Assembly (NCBI GenBank): GCA_965153285.1
Contig: OZ229122.1
DNA length: 64,000 nucleotides
From: Podarcis tiliguerta
Lineage: Eukaryota
Strand: one strand, 5' to 3'
This document shows positions 58,398 through 64,000 of this stretch, piece by piece (the stretch's first letter is position 1; each line of letters opens with the position of its first letter). A model generated the notes under the pieces. That model did no database searches, had not been told where the DNA came from, and was given only the letters and a program-made list of their open reading frames with translations. The position numbers and the translations under genes are program-made.

Positions 58398-61300
58398 GGC
58401 TTCACCTTCCACACACACACACCGGCTACGGCCGTGACTGAGCAACTATCGCGGAGGACGACGGGAAAAGCCGAGCAGGCTCGACGAGCCGATCGCCGAA
58501 CGCGGACGAATGGATTGATTCCTCGCTCCCTGTCCCCACCCCCGTCTCCATGGTAGGGAACCATAGAGAGAGAAAGGCGGGCTGCGACGCCACGCTTCGG
58601 CTTCCGGGTTGCGCCTCTTCCTTTTTTTCCTTTCCCCTGCCGAGAGGGAAGCGCCTCAAAGCGGGTGGAGGGACGGAGGGGGCAGTCCGGCAGCCAGGCA
58701 AGCAAGCGGGAGGGGCGGTGGAAAGGGCCTTCGAACTGAAACAGTAATACATTTTTAAATTACTGATTTAAGTTATATACCGCCCTTTATTAAAAGATCC
58801 CAGGGCGGTTTACAATATTCCTAACGGGTGTGTGGAAATAAGAACCAGAAGAATCTTTATTTGCATCAGCCACTAGCCATGGCAATAAAGTAAAATAAAA
58901 TGTACTGAAGATAGAGGTAAAAACTTAAAATATAGAAAATACGTTTTGGTGGTTTACAGCAATAATCAAATAATAGATCTTTTTCCAAACTGCCTCCGCT
59001 AAAAACCTTGCAGTGAGAGAGAGAGAATATGAAAACCTTCCTTTGTGGGGCAAATAATAACAAGCCCCAAAACAATGGATTCATTAACGTTGAAATCCTA
59101 TGCATACTTGCTCCTTTGTAAGTAACAGGATTGCAGCCTCGCATTGCAGCATTTTAAATATTTTTTTAAAAAAATTAATCGTTCTACATTTTAAAAAAAC
59201 ATTGTTTTACAAAAGGGTGCTGAATGTCGTGCTGCATACGTAATTGTGCATGGCTTTTTATATATATATATAAAAAGAACCGTTTATTCAGGGAGGAGTT
59301 GAGGATCCTCCCTGCATCAGAAGGCATGGAGAGCAAAGGTGGCAGCAGTAACTCGGGAATCTGCCAGCAAACTTCCCGGCCTTGCATTTGCAGCTGGGCC
59401 ACTCAGCGTGCTTCTCTTCTTTTCCTTTCCCTGGTCTTTGGGTTGGGGACTACATTTCTCCCTCAGCAGGCTAAGATCAGTGCTGAAGCAGGGCCAAGTA
59501 TAGTATCCAACTCGGGAGAAGGATGCTTTTGAAATACTGTATGAACTCTTACAGCTAAGCAGATGTAATAGCTCGTCTCTTAAACTGCAGGCCATAAATA
59601 TTCTGTCTTTTGCTCCTCAGTCAAAATAGGAAACCAATGAAGTAAGTAGGTATAATAGGACAGAAACAGTAGACTTGCTCAATTAATTCATTTAAAACAG
59701 AGCCAGTCTATTTTATTGTAAATACAGAATTGCTCCCATTCTCCTGCTGTCATGTGCTTTCTTCATGATGAACCAAACACATACTCATCTGTCTCCCATC
59801 TTTTCTGTAACCTCCACCTGTCAGCTTTGTTCTACACCCCTCTACAGCTTGTAAAATTATTGTAATACTATCCTCTGTTGTCTGCTATTAGTATTTATTA
59901 AAGTTGCATAAGAACATCAATAACCCACCCCTGCATTATACAAAAACCCTTCCTATCTAAAATAACCACCCCAATAAATAACATTAAAAACTATCAGCAG
60001 CAGGAATATGTTATTTGTATGGAAGGACACATACAGGAGTAGGAAATCATTAAGCTACCCAGGTCCCAAGCTGTTTGAGGATTTAAAGGTAAAGACCAGC
60101 ATCTTGATTTGAGCCACGGACATGAACCAATGCTGATCAAATAGGACCAGTCACATGATCTGCCTGGTGCATCATAGAAGGTTTGAAATGCAGTGATGGG
60201 TACATTTCCATTGTACCAACACTAGAGGGTGCTCAAGGAAATTATTAATACAGTCACAGTACAACAAAAATAAATTCTTTTATCAACTATTAGTTTTCAC
60301 TGCTATAAATTTAAGATTCTGATTTTTAACTTAAATGTCAGGATCCTTTCACTAATGGAATTCTCATACCAGATTTTCAATATTTTCAAGTTCCTTAACT
60401 TCCATTTCCAGATATTCATTCAAAAATTATTAGAAGAACTCATCTAAACCTCTCCCACCCATTCCTATTATTTAGTTTCAGATTGTAATTTCTCCCAAGC
60501 ATATACTTTTAGTCTTTAAAGGGTATTCTCACCGCCCTGACATGTTATTTATTCCTTTACTCTTCAGTATTTGCTGCTACACTTCTCACATAAACCCAAA
60601 AGAAAGGACCTATGTTCATTAGAGCTGTACCACAAACAGCCACCAGATGGATGACACCTTTTAAGTACCACTCTTCAGATGTCTGCTGAGCATCTGCCAC
60701 TGATGAAGGGCAAGGTTGCTTAAGCCAATCCCAGGTTCGTTCCTGTCTGTGCTTCACCTCATTGGCTAAGATTGGCAAAGCCAGGGAAATAGGTGGATAG
60801 AAGATCAGTAGCATTACAATGAGCCGAGACAGATCAGGGCTGCCATTTTTTGTGGTAGTAGCTCCCTATCATGGGTATCAAGTTCCACCCACAGTACTGA
60901 AGTGTGGATTAAAAATTGAGTAAACGTATTGATGTTTGAAGCAGTTTGGCAATGGGACCAATTACCTAGAGGGGTGGCTGGCTGTCCGGTCTTTAGGCAG
61001 AGACTGGATAGCCATCTGTTGAGGAAGTTCCAGCTTCAGGCCACACTTCTGATTCTGTATGGATAAAGATAAAAATACCTGTAGGTGCTAAACAGGATTG
61101 ATCTTGCTGCTGAGAACCTGTAGCGTAATTTTTGCTATGCCAGAGTTAAGGTTGCAGTGAAAATTCTGGACGAAAGTGAAATATGGCGTACCTGTGCCAT
61201 TTGCAAAAAAGGATTGGATTTTATGTGTATGCTGCTTTGAAAATTAACTTTGTTTATTATTCTGCCCTTCACCTGAGAATCTCAGGGCGATTTACAGCAT

Positions 61301-62099
61301 AACAAAAACACGTAACGTAATAATCTGAGACACTATATCAAAAGACCATGTTTTATTTTGTAAGTTTGTAACAAAACTATGTTATGGCTCCTTCACTTTT
61401 GTGACTATAATGTAGCAATTACTTATGGAGGAAAAGGTAGCAAGTAAGATTTGTAAATAGCTTTGGATGAGACCCGATTCTCCCACTTAACTGTTGCTGA
61501 TTAATAAAACACCAACATTAGAAGAAAAGAGATCTTTAATACAGTATGTGTTTTGACTTAAAATCTGGATCCAGCAGCCACTACACACAACTTCTGCAAG
61601 AGTTAGGTCATCTGTTCATTTTCTCTCTTTCTGGATAGTATTAACAAAACTCCACAAAACTCTCATACATAGATTTTTTGAAGATAATCAAGGCACATGT
61701 AGAAATACTACTCACATTCCAATAGGCTGTTCTATGGCTCTGAGTGAAGATGGTTAGAATATCAGAAATCTTCAGTCTTCTTGAGGGACAAATGAAGGTG
61801 GAAGGGGGAATTTTCAGCTCATTCTTATGGAAGGAAACCATGGCTCCTCATTAAATCTGAACTGATCCGTAGTTATACGTGTTAGATAGTAGGGAGTCAG
61901 CAGAGGCACTGAATTAAAGCAATGGCCTCTATCCATGAACAAGCATTAGACTTAAAGACGTAAACAAAGTGGATACTGTGGGATTCTAGAGGGTCAGAAT
62001 GCAAAGAGGATAAAAGACTAACAGGGCAACCCTGTACTCACTTTCCTGGGAGTAAGCTCCATTGACTTTAGTGAGACTGACTTCTGAACATATAGATAC

Positions 62100-62330
62100 T
62101 TATGTAGACAGGGCATTGAGTGCATACAGAGCTACATATAGTGCACAGAGAGCTGAGAAATTAGCAGGACTTCCAGTCCCAGCAAGACTGGATCCATTTT
62201 TTTGCACCGCGACTCCACTCATTTTGATGATTGCTTCAGTTATAGTCAGTTCCTCTTCGCTTAAGAGCTTGGCTTCTATGGTAAACGCTTTTTCTCTTCT
62301 GCTGAAGTCATTATCTAGGATGCTTCCGAC
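62100..62330 (-). CDS. GSDMA: Gasdermin-A-like, terminal coding exon (76 aa of the autoinhibitory C-terminal domain); rest of gene lies beyond the window
   Basis: tttgcaaag|VGSILDNDFSRREKAFTIEAKLLSEEELTITEAIIKMSGVAVQKNG...LCALYVALYALNALST*, resembling the recalled GSDMA end EELTLTEALVGLSGLEVQRSG...LCALYAGLSLL; same position and strand relative to PSMD3 as human GSDMA. Confidence 0.85.
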   Translation of the reverse strand, partial: VGSILDNDFSRREKAFTIEAKLLSEEELTITEAIIKMSGVAVQKNGSSLAGTGSPANFSALCALYVALYALNALST

Positions 62331-62419
62331 CTTTGCAAACAAGAAAAAGGCAAAATCAGAACTTGCTGGTGTGTAATACCATTACTTGAGGAATGGTATC
62401 AGTGTTGAAAAGCAAGAGA

Positions 62420-63260
62420 CATAAGAGTCTTGCTGAATCAGGCCAAAGTCCAGCATTCTGTCCTCACAGTTGTGAACCGGATGCTTATAAGGAAGCCTAC
62501 AGATAACAAGCTGCCTACTTGTAATTCCCAGGAGCTGATAATGAGAGGCATATTGCCTCTGACATTGGACGCTAGTGCATAGCCATCATGGCTAGTAGCC
62601 TGGATAGTCTTACCCTTCATGAATTTGCCTAATTCCATTTTAAAGCCATCTAAGTTCATGGCCATTGCTATACCTGTGGATGGCAAATTCTGTAGTATAG
62701 TTCTTTTGCCAGTCTTAAATTTCCCAATATTTAGCTTTATCAGATGACTCCCAGGGTCTAGTATTATGAGAGTTGTGTGTGTATGTATGTCTTCATCCAC
62801 TTTCTCCCCAAGCCAGCCATACTTCTATACACTTCTATCATGTTCCCCTCTTACTTGCATTTTTTATAAACTAAAAACCCCCATATGTTGTAACCTTTTT
62901 CTCCCTGTTGAATTGCTCCAGCCCCTTGATCAGTTTGATGCCCTTTTCTGAAACCTTTTCAGCTTCTACAGTGACCAGAATTGTACACAATATTCCCATG
63001 TGTAGTTGCACCATAGATTTGTGTAATGGCATTATGATACAGGCAGTTTTATTGTTGATCCCTTTGCTATTGCTCATTAACACAGAATTCACCTTTTTGA
63101 CAGCTGCTGCACCATGAGTTAAAGTCTTCATTGATCTATCCACTACAACCTGAAGGTTGATTTCCTGGCCAATTCAGACCTTATTAGCGTTTATGTGAGG
63201 TTAGTTTTTGGGCACCATTGTTAATCACTTTACACTTGTTTAACACTGAATTCCATTTTT
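62420..63260 (-). mobile_element. Old CR1-like LINE fragment in GSDMA intron
   Basis: Degenerate AAVKKVNS.L...IIMPL.KSMV..H...E.V.....KLIKGLE motifs. Confidence 0.7.
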
Positions 63261-63476
63261 GCTATGCCCATTCAATTCATTACATTAACGAAAGGTGCAG
63301 CATGCATCACTGTAGAATTCCTGTTGTGAGTTTATACTGTGCAGTAAGTATCACGTTGTTCATTTTTATTAGAAAGCACACACCTCCAAATTCAGTGGGA
63401 CTTATTCCTCAGTAAGCACACAAAGAGTTGTTGCCTTTAAAAAAATAATTCTTAAGCTTGACTTGTTGCCACAATA

Positions 63477-63834
63477 CAGTGGTGCCCCGCAAGACGAATG
63501 CCTCACAAGACGGAAAACCCGCTAGACGAAAGGGTTTTCCGTTTTGGAGGTGCTTCGCAGGACGAATTTCCCTATGGGCTTGCTTCGCAAGACGAAAATG
63601 TCTTGCGATTCCTGGGGGTTTTTTTCTGCTCCCCACCCCCTTTTTCTAAGGCACTAAGCTGCTAATAGCCTTTTAGCAGCTAATCCGCTAATCCCTTAAG
63701 CCTTTAATAGCTGCTAATAGCCGCTAAACCGCTAATAGCGCTAATCCGCTAATGGGCTTGCTTCGCAAGATGAAAAAACCACTAGACGAAGAGACTCACG
63801 GAACGGATTCTTTTCGTCTTGCGAGGCACCACTG
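63477..63834. mobile_element. Tc1/mariner MITE with internal short tandem repeats
   Basis: TA|CAGTGGTGCCCCGCAAGACGAA ... TTCGTCTTGCGAGGCACCACTG|TA; internal (gctaat/ccgctaa) repeats. Confidence 0.88.
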
Positions 63835-64000
63835 TACTTACTCACAGCCATAGGGAAGAGTTATGTGTGCTGATCTGATGGATCAGCCAAGGATGCACAC
63901 AAACCTTATACTTGTGAATGTGCAGTAGTGACATTCTGCATATCTTTAACCTCACCCATTTCCAGGAAAAGTATCTTCTGCCTTAAGAACTAACTGGAAT

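Noticed and set aside
63640-63760. Short repeated units resembling an array
   Set aside because: Irregular internal repeats of a MITE, no spacers, eukaryotic DNA; not CRISPR
63956-64000. Possible penultimate GSDMA exon (QKILFLEM before a GTGAGG donor)
   Set aside because: The similar-looking frame ends in phase 1 where phase 0 is needed, and both candidate frames contain stops

Overview
Vertebrate genomic DNA, very likely from a squamate (probably lacertid) lizard, judged by its Sauria SINE and Squam3-like SINE content. It is the block syntenic to human 17q21 (GSDMA-PSMD3-CSF3-MED24). It contains the last 3 coding exons of MED24 (+), a 5-exon G-CSF/CSF3 gene (-, about 192 aa, exon 1 inferred), a complete 12-exon PSMD3 (-, 521 aa, one GC-AG intron) and the terminal coding exon of a gasdermin-A-like gene (-). 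There are many TEs (L1, CR1, L2, SINEs, Tc1/mariner MITEs, a solo LTR) and a 332-N assembly gap. Best observations: (1) this G-CSF has lost the Cys36-Cys42 pair but gained two new cysteines that may form a new disulfide; (2) the G-CSF stem-loop destabilising element is conserved in a long AU-rich 3'UTR; (3) a triple-nested solo LTR > MITE > young L1 with readable target-site duplications (TSDs); (4) a possible decayed unnamed multi-exon gene between MED24 and CSF3, part of which is copied in inverted form between MITE ends 26 kb away. All homology statements come from recalled sequences, not database searches.
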